Positions 28,831-38,399 of a DNA stretch of 54,345 nucleotides are shown in pieces. The notes beneath the pieces were generated by a model. That model saw only the letters and a program-made list of their open reading frames with translations. It was not told the origin of the DNA and ran no database searches. How positions within the stretch are numbered: position 1 is the stretch's first letter; each line of letters begins with the position of its first letter. The position numbers and the translations under genes were made by a program. Origin of the DNA: Candidatus Caccovivens sp. GTDB taxonomy: Bacteria > Bacillota > Clostridia > Christensenellales > UBA1242. The DNA lies in assembly GCA_051888935.1 (NCBI GenBank), contig JBJFCL010000023.1, forward strand, positions 1-54,345. Direction: 5' to 3'.

Positions 28831-28858
28831 AAAAAACACCGAATATTCGGTGTTTTTT
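28831..28858. terminator. Bidirectional terminator
   Basis: Perfect palindrome aaaaaacaccgaatattcggtgtttttt between convergent genes. Confidence 0.85.
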
Positions 28859-28875
28859 TGACATTCAAATTTGAA

Positions 28876-29574
28876 TTAAATCAAATAAAGAATTGAAACA
28901 GCAAGCATTATTTGTGCCATATAGTAGAGAATGTGGTTTACCCAAACCCAAACTTTTGCACTCTTTCCGCCGAAGTATTGAAGAGAAAGCACAAGGTCAG
29001 AAGCAAAGAACAAAATCATTCCAACTGCAAAAATCCAGAAAGTTGGATTGAAGATGGCAACTGCCACGCTTATTGACATCATGAAAGTCAAAACAAAACT
29101 ATACATAACGACCATATAGATGTTTTTGCCAAAATTAAGTCCCAATTTGCCTGATGGCAAGATTATTGCAAGAGTCAACAAAATTGCCACTCCAACAGAA
29201 GCCAAGATGTTCCAACCAAGGTTTGCAGGAAGCACTGCGTTGGTGTAGAGGCACACAGCCATGAAATAAAACAAGTGACCTATTGCAAAAGATGTCGTGC
29301 CTGCAACAAAATATTGTCTATCATCTTGTGGATACATAATTTTAAGGTCGAGCAAAATATCGCCAATCAGCCCCATGACAAGTCCGGTAACAATCAAGAG
29401 GTTAACGCTTGAAGAACCAACAGTTTTGACTGCGAATACGGCACAGAGGATAAAGCAAATTGATGACATCGTTTTAAGCACAAGCGAGTAAACATTTGCT
29501 GTTTTGGTTCTAAACCAGCAAAACAACAAACAAAAGATTAAACTAAAAATTCCAAAAAATACACAAACCAACAT
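28876..29574 (-). CDS. YhhN/TMEM86 family lysoplasmalogenase-like membrane protein
   Basis: Multi-TM; LK(T), GLIGDILL, F.IGHLFY, GMILFFASDLVL, YYMAQ motifs. Confidence 0.8.
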   Translation of the reverse strand: MLVCVFFGIFSLIFCLLFCWFRTKTANVYSLVLKTMSSICFILCAVFAVKTVGSSSVNLLIVTGLVMGLIGDILLDLKIMYPQDDRQYFVAGTTSFAIGHLFYFMAVCLYTNAVLPANLGWNILASVGVAILLTLAIILPSGKLGLNFGKNIYMVVMYSFVLTFMMSISVAVAIFNPTFWIFAVGMILFFASDLVLSLQYFGGKSAKVWVWVNHILYYMAQIMLAVSILYLI

Positions 29575-29586
29575 AATTTTTTCCTC

Positions 29587-30624
29587 CTATTCTTCATAAA
29601 AAGCAAGCACATCTTGCATGACTTGGTCGCGGTCTGTTTCGTTTAATAGTTCGTGACGGTCATTGTGATAAATTTTGAGATTGGCGTTTATATTGTTTTT
29701 CAAATAGAGTTTGTAAAGTTTTGTTACTTGTTTTCCGCCATTTGAGACAGGGTCTTGGTCGCCGACGATAAACAAAACTTTTTTGCTTCCAATTTTGTCA
29801 ATTCCTTTGTTTGTTTTGGTCATGTTTTTAATCATGCTCTTGTAAAAACTGAATGGAAAAGAACCGCCACAATATTCATCTGCAAGATACGCGTCAAAAA
29901 CTTTTTCGTCTTTGGTCAGCCAGTTGCCACGCTCAAAATGTTTGCCATAACTTTTGATACACATCTTTTCAATCATGCCACCTTTTGAATTTTTGTTTTT
30001 GAAAGGTGAAAGAATGGAGATGACAAAACTTCCAAGTTTCATGATTGTGCTACTTCCATTTGCCGTTCCGCACATCACTGCTTTTTCAATCAACGGGCAA
30101 CGCTGAATAAGATTTTGTGTGAGCATTGAGCCATAAGAGTGTCCAAAAACATAAATCGGGAGGTTGTATTTTTCATTTACATAATCAATTATGTTTTGAA
30201 GGTCTTGCAGAGTCTCATTAAAAATATCTTTTTCGCCGAATCCCAATTGCTGTTTTGATAATGCCGTTTTGCCATGCCCACGCAGGTCACACAACACTGC
30301 AATATATCCGTTTTTATTTAAAAATTCAGCAAAATGATTGTATCTAAGGCAATGTTCTTGCATTCCATGAACAATCAAAACCACTGCTTTGGCATTTTGC
30401 ACATTGTCATGGACATATGTGTTGAGTTCCAAATCGTGATAGCCCAAAATTTTGATATTTTCTGGTTTATACGATTGAGTTTGCTTTGCAACATTTGTCT
30501 TTTTCGACTTTGTTGATGTTGTTGCAACATTTTTGGATTTTACTTTCGCTTTTTCATTTTTTTTGTCTGGTTGCTTCGCAGTTGCTTTTATGTTTGTCTT
30601 TTTTTTCTCGACTTTTTCTTCCAT
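29587..30624 (-). CDS. Alpha/beta hydrolase (lysophospholipase/monoacylglycerol lipase-like) with a Lys-rich N-terminal extension
   Basis: HGMQEHCLRY, DLRGHG, GHSYG nucleophile motif, GDQDPV, RHELLNE. Confidence 0.88.
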   Translation of the reverse strand: MEEKVEKKKTNIKATAKQPDKKNEKAKVKSKNVATTSTKSKKTNVAKQTQSYKPENIKILGYHDLELNTYVHDNVQNAKAVVLIVHGMQEHCLRYNHFAEFLNKNGYIAVLCDLRGHGKTALSKQQLGFGEKDIFNETLQDLQNIIDYVNEKYNLPIYVFGHSYGSMLTQNLIQRCPLIEKAVMCGTANGSSTIMKLGSFVISILSPFKNKNSKGGMIEKMCIKSYGKHFERGNWLTKDEKVFDAYLADEYCGGSFPFSFYKSMIKNMTKTNKGIDKIGSKKVLFIVGDQDPVSNGGKQVTKLYKLYLKNNINANLKIYHNDRHELLNETDRDQVMQDVLAFYEE

Positions 30625-30636
30625 AAATCCTCCTTT

Positions 30637-32088
30637 TTACAATTTCCTTATAACTCTTTCCCAGCCTTCATAATTTCTTTTTCTTTCACTCTCTGTCATT
30701 TTGGGCAAGAATCTTTTGTTGCTTTCGGTCAGTTTTTTGATGTCGTCAAGTTTTATAAGTTTAAGCGACAGCATGGCAACATAAATAGTGCCCAAAACTG
30801 TGGATTCAGAAAATTTGCTTTTGACAATTTCGTGGTTTAACATATCCGACAAAAATTGCAATACAAATTCATTTTTGCTTGCTCCACCATCAACGCTTAT
30901 GGTTTTGAAACGAAGTCCAGTCTTTTTCATCTCGTCAACAATGGCTTTGGTGTTGTATGCCATGCTTTCCAAACACGCTCGCACGATATGTTCTTTTTTG
31001 CTTGAAAAACTCATTCCAACAATGCAAGCGCGTGCCTCGTTGTTCCAATATGGTGCACCAAGACCAGTGAATGCAGGCACAAAATAAACTCCTTCGTTGT
31101 TTTTGAGTGACATTGCCATTTTTGCGGTTTCGTTTACATCGTCATATGCTTGAATATTTTTCAACCATTCAATTGCACTGCAAGCACTGTAAATGCTGCC
31201 TTCCACAGCATAAGTCGTTTTTTTGCCAAGACTTGAAGCCACTGTGGTCAAGAGATTGGGAAAATTTTTGTGAGAATCATTGCCAATATTGGTCAAAATA
31301 AAACCACCTGTTCCAAATGTGACTTTCGTGTTTCCGCAATAAATTGTGCCTTGTCCAATCATGCTTGACTGTTGGTCGCCAATAATTGAACAAATAGGAG
31401 CACCAAAGAGTTTTTTTACATTTCCAAAATTGGAATCACAAGGCAAAATTTTTGGCAACGAATCTTTTGGGATTTTGAAAATTGACAAAAGTTCGTCGTC
31501 CCATTCAAGAGTATGAATGTTCATGAGCATTGTTCTTGATGCATTTGTGGTGTCGGTCACAAAATTCCCAGTCAATCTAAATGCAAGATAACTGTCTATT
31601 GTGCCAAAGCATAGGTTATGTTCTTTTGCAAGCGTTCGTGCTTCTTTGACATTGTCCAAAATCCACTTCATTTTGGACGCACTAAAATATGGATTAGCAA
31701 TGAGTCCAGTCTTTTCTTTTATTGTTTGTTTTGCTTTTTGTGAAAGATTTTTAATGGCGTTGGTTGTGCGTCTGCACTGCCAAACAATTGCGTTGTAAAC
31801 AGGTTTTCCAGTGCGTCTATCCCATGCCACAACTGTTTCGCGCTGATTTGTTATGCCAATCCCAAGCAACTCTTCTTTTGAGACATTGTTGCGTTTTAGC
31901 ACTGCCTTTGAAACCTGCAAAATTTTGTTGTAAATTTCGTTGGCGTCTTGTTCTACCCATGCAGGTCTTGGATAAAACTGCTTGAAATTTTTTGCTTCAA
32001 TATCCACAATGTTGTGTTTATCAACATCGTACAGTACACTTCTTAAATTTGTTGTGCCCTCATCGAGCCCTAAGATAAACTTTCGCAT
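30637..32088 (-). CDS. glpK: Glycerol kinase
   Basis: LGLDEGTT, GITNQRET, WQCRRT, YFSASK, TNASRT, GDQQ, VPAFTGLGAPYW; ATG preceded by GGAG. Confidence 0.96.
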   Translation of the reverse strand: MRKFILGLDEGTTNLRSVLYDVDKHNIVDIEAKNFKQFYPRPAWVEQDANEIYNKILQVSKAVLKRNNVSKEELLGIGITNQRETVVAWDRRTGKPVYNAIVWQCRRTTNAIKNLSQKAKQTIKEKTGLIANPYFSASKMKWILDNVKEARTLAKEHNLCFGTIDSYLAFRLTGNFVTDTTNASRTMLMNIHTLEWDDELLSIFKIPKDSLPKILPCDSNFGNVKKLFGAPICSIIGDQQSSMIGQGTIYCGNTKVTFGTGGFILTNIGNDSHKNFPNLLTTVASSLGKKTTYAVEGSIYSACSAIEWLKNIQAYDDVNETAKMAMSLKNNEGVYFVPAFTGLGAPYWNNEARACIVGMSFSSKKEHIVRACLESMAYNTKAIVDEMKKTGLRFKTISVDGGASKNEFVLQFLSDMLNHEIVKSKFSESTVLGTIYVAMLSLKLIKLDDIKKLTESNKRFLPKMTESERKRNYEGWERVIRKL

Positions 32089-32232
32089 AGTTCTCTCCAA
32101 ATTCACAGCGTCAAACTTTCTGTATAAGTTTATTTTAACACAAAAAATTGCTTTTCTAAAACGAATTGCAAAAGTTTTTTATTTATTTGACTTTTTTTAG
32201 ATGCAAAGGGTAAGATTATTGTAGGAGAGGAT

Positions 32233-33645
32233 ATGGAAAAAATTTTTGATTGCTGTGTGATAGGTGCTGGCGTTGTTGGTGCATCTATTTTTAACAAAAT
32301 GACAAGAATTGGAAAGAGTTGTCTTATGCTTGACAAGGCGAGTGATGTTGCAACTGGTGCAAGCAAGGCAAACAGTGGACTGGTGCATGCAGGTTATGAC
32401 CCAGAGCCAAACAGTTTGAAAGCAAAACTTAATGTTAGAGGGAATCATCTTTATCCAGAGATTTGCAAGAGACTTGGTGTTAAACTGAAAAAGTGTGGGG
32501 CGCTTGTGGTTGGCGACGACCGAGAAAAAATTGAAGCTCTATATGAAAGAGGACTTCAAAATGGCGTCAAAGTGGAAATTTTAAACGCTGAGCAAATCAA
32601 AGAAAAAGTGCCTGTTTTAAATGATTCAATGACTGTTGCACTTTTTGCAGAAGACGCTTATATTGTCAGTCCATATCTATTTACAATTGCACTCACAGAC
32701 GAGGGCATTTTAAACGGCGGGACTGTCTCTCTTGAAGAAGATATAACTTCTGTTGTAAAAGAAGCGGGATTTTTTGTTCTAAAGACAAAGAAAAACACCT
32801 ATCGTGCAAAGATTTTGATAAATAGTGCTGGTGCTGGCTACAACGATGTGGCAGAAATTTTGGGTAGCGAAAAATATGACCTTGAATTTAGACGAGGGGA
32901 ATATTTTGTGTTTGACAAAGGTGTGGACCTAAAAGTGCCTTGCACAATTTTTCCACTTCCAACAAAACTTGGAAAAGGCGTGCTTGTGACGCCGACAGTT
33001 GATGGAAATTATCTTGTTGGTCCGACGAGTGAAGAGAGTGACACTTTGACAAAGACGACACTTTCTGGACTCGAAAGCGTCAAAGAAAAATCGACTACTT
33101 TAATGAACCTCAATTTCAAAAATGCCATAAGAGAATTTGCAGGTATTAGAGTGATTTGTGGTGACGATTTTGTCATTGAAAAATCGAAAAAAGTGGACGG
33201 GGTCATAAATCTTGCAGGAATTTGCTCGCCTGGTCTTTCAAGCGCTCCGGCAATTGCTGAAATGGTTTTGGAACTTTGTGGATATGCAAATATTGAATTG
33301 AAAAATCTAAAAAAAATTGAACCTTATGTGATGTTTAAAAATATGTCAAAGCAAAAACAGAGACAACTTTTGAGTGAGGACAAAAACTATTGCCAGGTTG
33401 TTTGTAAATGCGAACAAATCACAAAGGGAGATATTGTTTTTGCACTCAACAGACCTTTAAAAGTTCATTCTGTGGACGCTGTAAAAAGGCGCACCAATGC
33501 TGGCATGGGCAGGTGCCAAGGAGGATTCTGTTTTGCAAAAGTTGTGCAAAACATTGCAAACGAGAGGAATATCAAATATGAAGATGTTTTAAAAGAAAAT
33601 CGCGGAAGTGAAGTTGCTGTCGGCGACATCAGGGAGGTGAAATAG
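32233..33645 (+). CDS. FAD-dependent glycerol-3-phosphate dehydrogenase (GlpA-like) with a C-terminal BFD-like [2Fe-2S] domain
   Basis: IGAGVVG, SKANSGLVHAG, CKCEQ...KRRTNAGMGRCQGGFC; divergent from glpK. Confidence 0.88.
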   Translation: MEKIFDCCVIGAGVVGASIFNKMTRIGKSCLMLDKASDVATGASKANSGLVHAGYDPEPNSLKAKLNVRGNHLYPEICKRLGVKLKKCGALVVGDDREKIEALYERGLQNGVKVEILNAEQIKEKVPVLNDSMTVALFAEDAYIVSPYLFTIALTDEGILNGGTVSLEEDITSVVKEAGFFVLKTKKNTYRAKILINSAGAGYNDVAEILGSEKYDLEFRRGEYFVFDKGVDLKVPCTIFPLPTKLGKGVLVTPTVDGNYLVGPTSEESDTLTKTTLSGLESVKEKSTTLMNLNFKNAIREFAGIRVICGDDFVIEKSKKVDGVINLAGICSPGLSSAPAIAEMVLELCGYANIELKNLKKIEPYVMFKNMSKQKQRQLLSEDKNYCQVVCKCEQITKGDIVFALNRPLKVHSVDAVKRRTNAGMGRCQGGFCFAKVVQNIANERNIKYEDVLKENRGSEVAVGDIREVK

Positions 33646-34865
33646 TGAAAACAGATGTCCTTGTTTTAGGTGGAGGCCCAGCAGGAATGTCCTGTGCACT
33701 TTCAGCCTCTGAAAATGGCTCAAAAGTCACACTGATTGAGCGTGAAGCTGTTTTGGGCGGAATTTTAAATCAATGTATTCACAATGGTTTTGGTCTTCAT
33801 TATTTCAAAGAAGAACTGACAGGTCCGGAATTTGCCCATCGTTTTAGAGAAATGGTGGAAGCGGACAAAAACATCACTGTTTACACAAGCACATTGGTCA
33901 CAAAGATAGGAAAAGGCTTTGTTGAAGTCATGGGCGAGATTGGCGTGGAAAAAATTGAAGCAAAATCAATTGTGCTTGCAATGGGTTGTCGAGAGAGAAC
34001 AGCAGGAAACATCTCTTTGTGTGGAACTCGTCCAAGCGGTGTTTTGACTGCTGGCACGGCACAAAAGATGGTCAATATTGATGGAAAAATGGTGGGCAAA
34101 GATGTTGTCATTTTGGGAAGCGGAGATATTGGACTTATCATGGCAAGACGATTGACGCTGGAAGGCGCAAAAGTACATGCTGTGTTGGAAATTAATTCCA
34201 CTTCAAGTGGATTGAGACGAAATATCATGCAATGTCTTGAAGATTTTAACATCCCACTTCTTTACAACACCACAATTTTTGAAGTTGTGGGGAAAGACCG
34301 AGTTGAAGGAGTTTATTATGGTCAAGTCGACGAACATTTCAAACCTATCGAAAGTACAAAGAAGTTTTTGAAATGTGACACAGTGATTTTGTCTGTGGGA
34401 CTGATTCCTGAAATGCAACTTGCAAATTTTGTGCCAATTTCACGCGTTACAAATGGTGCAATTGTCAACGAATTTTATCAAACGAGTGAGCCTTGGTTGT
34501 TCTCATGCGGAAACATTTTGCAGGTACATGACCTTGTGGATAATGTGGCGTTGGAGGCAAAGCAAGCAGGACGCTTTGCAAGTTTGTATGCTCAAAACAA
34601 GTTGCCAAAACATCAAAAGAAAATTGAAATGACGGCAACAGCTGATTTCTCATATGTTTTGCCAACCACTTTTTATGAAGGAAGCGGAAATTGTGAAGTT
34701 AAATTTAGACTTAAACAAAAAGTTGTCAAAAAGACGATTGTGGCAAAGTGTAATGATGTCATCTTAGGCAAAAAGTTTGTGCTTGCAGGCACGCCAGGTG
34801 AGATGTTGTCATTAAATTTTGATAAGAGTGGAGCGACGGGCAAAATTGTTCTGTCACTTGAATAG
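33645..34865 (+). CDS. NAD(P)/FAD-dependent oxidoreductase, partner of the GlpA-like protein
   Basis: GGGPAG, GGILNQCIHNGFG, AMGCRER, GSGDIGLIMARR; GTG start overlaps the upstream stop. Confidence 0.88.
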   Translation: MKTDVLVLGGGPAGMSCALSASENGSKVTLIEREAVLGGILNQCIHNGFGLHYFKEELTGPEFAHRFREMVEADKNITVYTSTLVTKIGKGFVEVMGEIGVEKIEAKSIVLAMGCRERTAGNISLCGTRPSGVLTAGTAQKMVNIDGKMVGKDVVILGSGDIGLIMARRLTLEGAKVHAVLEINSTSSGLRRNIMQCLEDFNIPLLYNTTIFEVVGKDRVEGVYYGQVDEHFKPIESTKKFLKCDTVILSVGLIPEMQLANFVPISRVTNGAIVNEFYQTSEPWLFSCGNILQVHDLVDNVALEAKQAGRFASLYAQNKLPKHQKKIEMTATADFSYVLPTTFYEGSGNCEVKFRLKQKVVKKTIVAKCNDVILGKKFVLAGTPGEMLSLNFDKSGATGKIVLSLE

Positions 34866-34874
34866 AGGTGCAAA

Positions 34875-35222
34875 ATGGAAGAGAAAAAGAGAGAAATGAT
34901 TTGTATTATGTGTCCGATGGGCTGTCATTTGTCTGTCACACAAAGAGGTGATGAAATCACAGTTTCTGGGAATGGTTGCAATCGCGGAGTTGTGTTTGCA
35001 AAAGAAGAAATCACGTGTCCAAAACGCATTGTGACAACTTCTGTCAAGACCAAAGACGGCGTCAAAGCGTGCAAAACAACCAATCCAATTCCAAAGAGTC
35101 AAATTTTTGAATGTATGAAAGAGATTGAAAAATTACGCCTTGACCATGTGGAGTTTGGGCAGGTGGTTATAAAAAATGTTCTTGGCACAGACGCTGATGT
35201 TGTGATAACCGCAAATGATTAA
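34875..35222 (+). CDS. DUF1667 domain protein (CxxCPxGC)
   Basis: CIMCPMGC, GNGCNRG, PKRIVTTSV; usual third gene of this glp operon. Confidence 0.88.
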   Translation: MEEKKREMICIMCPMGCHLSVTQRGDEITVSGNGCNRGVVFAKEEITCPKRIVTTSVKTKDGVKACKTTNPIPKSQIFECMKEIEKLRLDHVEFGQVVIKNVLGTDADVVITAND

Positions 35223-35226
35223 ACAT

Positions 35227-35252
35227 AAAAAACAGTCTAATTTGGCTGTTTT
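35227..35252. terminator. Bidirectional terminator
   Basis: aaaacagtc-taattt-ggctgtttt between convergent genes. Confidence 0.65.
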
Positions 35253-35263
35253 ATTTTATATTT

Positions 35264-36064
35264 TTAATTATTACTTTTGATGACACGCATGATGATTTCA
35301 AAGGATTTGTCCTCATGTTTCTTTTTGTGTCGTTCATAGATGTAAAATGGAGTGATGGAAATAAATGCAATTACTGTGACCAAAATCAAATATGTGAGAA
35401 GATAAGAATATTCCCAATTTAAAAAACCAAACAAATCAAAAGGCAGTCCATTTTCCATGAGATAAAGGTAGTTTGCACCATCAATTACGCTGTTTCCAAT
35501 CATTGACCAACCAGCCAGCATAATGATTCCAACAAACGCCTGCCAAAAATCTTTGACGCGAGGTTTGAAATATCCAGTTGCAAGGCAAGCAATCACGACT
35601 GTTGGCATGGAAAAATGAAGGAACAAACTTTCATAATGCAAAAAGGACAGCGTTGAGAGATAATAATAATCGCCAAAAATGAATGTCAACACTCCGCCAA
35701 AGAAGGTCACCACCAAAACTGGCAGGAAAAATTTCTTGGTTTTGGTTAGATAGAAAGCGGGGAAGACAAAACTCATCACATGACATAAGTGCCAAGGTAA
35801 AATTTCCACAAATGTTTGAGAACCAGAAAAATATAACAATCCCATACGGAAAAGTCGGAAGAAAAGCATAAGCCAGCAAAGGACGCTTGTCATTATGTGG
35901 GCAAACTTTTTGTGTTTTTTGCAGATAAACCAACAAGCCACAAGCCAAACTGCCAAGAGGCACATAAGAGTGATATGAAGAGGACACCAAAGTCCAGGGC
36001 CATCGCCCATAACTTCATCATTTTCAATTAACCAATCATAAAAAGAAAAAATCGCGTTTAACAT
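35264..36064 (-). CDS. YwaF/TMEM164-like integral membrane protein
   Basis: About 7 TM segments, LPWHLCH motif, FLH, ANYLYL. Confidence 0.7.
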   Translation of the reverse strand: MLNAIFSFYDWLIENDEVMGDGPGLWCPLHITLMCLLAVWLVACWFICKKHKKFAHIMTSVLCWLMLFFRLFRMGLLYFSGSQTFVEILPWHLCHVMSFVFPAFYLTKTKKFFLPVLVVTFFGGVLTFIFGDYYYLSTLSFLHYESLFLHFSMPTVVIACLATGYFKPRVKDFWQAFVGIIMLAGWSMIGNSVIDGANYLYLMENGLPFDLFGFLNWEYSYLLTYLILVTVIAFISITPFYIYERHKKKHEDKSFEIIMRVIKSNN

Positions 36065-36173
36065 ACTTACCTACAATTTTATTGTAATATAAAAATATGT
36101 CAAAGACCAAAGAAAAAGCAAAAATATTTTGTTAAAAATTTTTAATGTGTTAAAATATAAAAAGAGGAGCATT

Positions 36174-36731
36174 ATGTTTTTAAGGAAAAAGTATAGAGAG
36201 ATTGACAATGAAATTTCCAAGAATGAATCTCACAACACACATGACGAATTGGAAATAAATATCAAAGTTGACACAAATAAAGAAATATTTTCGGAATATG
36301 ACTATGACAATAATGAAAAATTGAAACCAGAACTTGGCGAATTTATCTATGACAAAGCAAAATTTGTTACAAATCAAGATATCAAATTGAAGATTTATTC
36401 TCAGACAAATCTCAATCAAAAAGATGTTGAAAGTGCTATAAAAAACCACTATAAAAAAGAGTATCTTGAAAGCAAACAAATGATGAGAAAGAATTTGGTG
36501 TTCTCATTTGCCATGCTTATATTGGGTTTGATTGCGTTGACATTTTTATTGATTATGCATGCATTTTTTTACAATGAATATTTGTATATCATAACTGAAA
36601 TAGCCACTTGGGTGTTCATTTGGGAAGCGGTGGATTCATTTTTCTTGGAGCGTGTAAGCATAAAGCGTAAAAGAATTACTTTTCTAAAACTATATAGTGC
36701 AAAAATTGAATTTATTCAGTCTACAAAATAA
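36174..36731 (+). CDS. Hypothetical membrane protein with two C-terminal TM helices
   Basis: GAGGAG RBS before ATG 36174; WVFIWEAVDSFF motif. Confidence 0.7.
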   Translation: MFLRKKYREIDNEISKNESHNTHDELEINIKVDTNKEIFSEYDYDNNEKLKPELGEFIYDKAKFVTNQDIKLKIYSQTNLNQKDVESAIKNHYKKEYLESKQMMRKNLVFSFAMLILGLIALTFLLIMHAFFYNEYLYIITEIATWVFIWEAVDSFFLERVSIKRKRITFLKLYSAKIEFIQSTK

Positions 36732-36736
36732 ACTAT

Positions 36737-36764
36737 AAAAAAGACCATAAAATTGGTCTTTTTT
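36737..36764. terminator. Bidirectional terminator
   Basis: aaaaaagacca-taaaat-tggtctttttt. Confidence 0.8.
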
Positions 36765-36786
36765 GATTTGATAATGTAAAGAATTT

Positions 36787-37317
36787 TTATTTCTTTTGAA
36801 ATTTTCCATCTTTCTTGTGAACAACAAAATTTAATTCTTTGTTTGAAGAAAGTTCTTTAACTCTTGCCAACGCTTCTTCTTTTGTCGCAAAAGAAGCAAT
36901 TGTGCGCTTTGCACCATCTTTTTTTATTCTCCAAAGGCGTGCTTCCTTGTCATACAAAACTCTATAAACTGGTTTTTTTGCAGTTGATGTAGCATTTGTG
37001 GTTTCTTTTTCATCTTCGGTTTTGGAGGAAGTTTTCTTTTCTTCTTCCTTTTTTGAAGTTTTTTGTTTTGTTGCTTTTGTGGATTCTTTTTGAGATTGTT
37101 TTGCACTATTTGATTTTTGAGAATTTTGTTTGCTCGAATTTTTTGTTGTGCTTCTTTTTGTTGTTTTTTCTTTATTAGAGGAAGTGCTTTCTGCTTTCTT
37201 TACTTCCACCTTTTCTTCTTTTTCTTCTGTTACAGCAATTTGCTCTGTTTTTTCTTCATTTTTTGTTTCAACTTCTTTTTGTTTTTCTGTTTTCTTTTTT
37301 CTTCTGAACCAACACAT
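36787..37317 (-). CDS. DUF2188 domain protein with a long Lys/Glu/Ser/Thr-rich disordered N-terminus
   Basis: C-terminal WRIKKDGAKRTIASFATKEEALARVKEL...VVHKKDGKFQ; AAGGAG RBS. Confidence 0.8.
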   Translation of the reverse strand: MCWFRRKKKTEKQKEVETKNEEKTEQIAVTEEKEEKVEVKKAESTSSNKEKTTKRSTTKNSSKQNSQKSNSAKQSQKESTKATKQKTSKKEEEKKTSSKTEDEKETTNATSTAKKPVYRVLYDKEARLWRIKKDGAKRTIASFATKEEALARVKELSSNKELNFVVHKKDGKFQKK

Positions 37318-37350
37318 AATTTATCTCCTTTAAATTTGTTTCTTGATATA

Positions 37351-37379
37351 ATTTTACAGCAATTTGTCGAAATTTGCAA
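37351..37379 (-). promoter_or_regulatory. SigA-type promoter with a 0A box (TGTCGAA, 37365-37371) in the spacer
   Basis: Minus strand TTGCAA-N17-TAAAAT; perfect TGNCGAA between the elements. Confidence 0.5.
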
Positions 37380-37475
37380 GTTGTTTTTAAGTTTATTTGA
37401 AAAAATAAAAAAATAGTTTCACAATCAGTCTTATATTATGGTATACTCTATTTAATTATTTAATAAAGGTAGAAA

Positions 37476-38399
37476 ATGAAAAACATTATTGAAATTAAAG
37501 ATTTGCATAAGTCATATGGCACAGTCAAAGCAGTTGATGGAATTTCTTTTGAAGTCGAAGAAGGAAGTCTTTTTGCTTTTTTGGGTGTTAATGGTGCAGG
37601 AAAATCTACAACAATAAACATAATTTGTTCTATTTTAAACAAAGATAGTGGGCAAGTTTTTATTGATGGACTTGACCTTGACAAAGAAACGGAGAAAATA
37701 AAATCTCTTATTGGAGTGGTCTTTCAAAATTCCACTCTTGATGGAATATTGTCAGTCAAAGAGAATTTGACGATTAGAGCAGGATACTATGGTTTGACGG
37801 GTAAAGCATGGAAAGAGAGATTGGAAGAACTGTCAAATTTATTGGATTTAAATGGAATTTTAAAACGACCTGTAAAAAATTTAAGCGGTGGACAAAGAAG
37901 AAGAGTGGATATTGCACGCGGACTCATCAACCAGCCGAAGATTTTGATTTTAGATGAACCGACCACAGGACTTGACCCTCAAACTCGTAAAAAAATTTGG
38001 GAGTTAATTGACAAATTGCGAACGGAAAACAAAATGACCGTATTTTTGACAACTCATTATATGGAGGAGGCCAACAAGGCGGACAAAGTGGTCATGATTG
38101 ATGCGGGACACATCGTTGCAAATGACACTCCACACAACTTAAAAACTCAATATTCCAGTGACTACATCAAAGCATATATGCCAAGAAACGAGGACTTTGA
38201 GCAAAATGTTAGTAATACAACATATGAAGGCGACCACTATAAAATAAAAATTAAAAATAGCGATGACGCAAAAAAAATCATAAATCAATTTGGAGATTAT
38301 CTTACGGATTTTGAAGTTTTGAAAGGAGATATGGATGATGTTTTTCTAAACATCACTGGCAAGAGTTTGTTAAGTGGAGATGGTGATGAAGAAAAATAA
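37476..38399 (+). CDS. ABC transporter ATP-binding protein (ABC-2 exporter)
   Basis: GVNGAGKST, LSGGQRRR, ILDEPTTGLDP, TTHYMEEA. Confidence 0.95.
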   Translation: MKNIIEIKDLHKSYGTVKAVDGISFEVEEGSLFAFLGVNGAGKSTTINIICSILNKDSGQVFIDGLDLDKETEKIKSLIGVVFQNSTLDGILSVKENLTIRAGYYGLTGKAWKERLEELSNLLDLNGILKRPVKNLSGGQRRRVDIARGLINQPKILILDEPTTGLDPQTRKKIWELIDKLRTENKMTVFLTTHYMEEANKADKVVMIDAGHIVANDTPHNLKTQYSSDYIKAYMPRNEDFEQNVSNTTYEGDHYKIKIKNSDDAKKIINQFGDYLTDFEVLKGDMDDVFLNITGKSLLSGDGDEEK

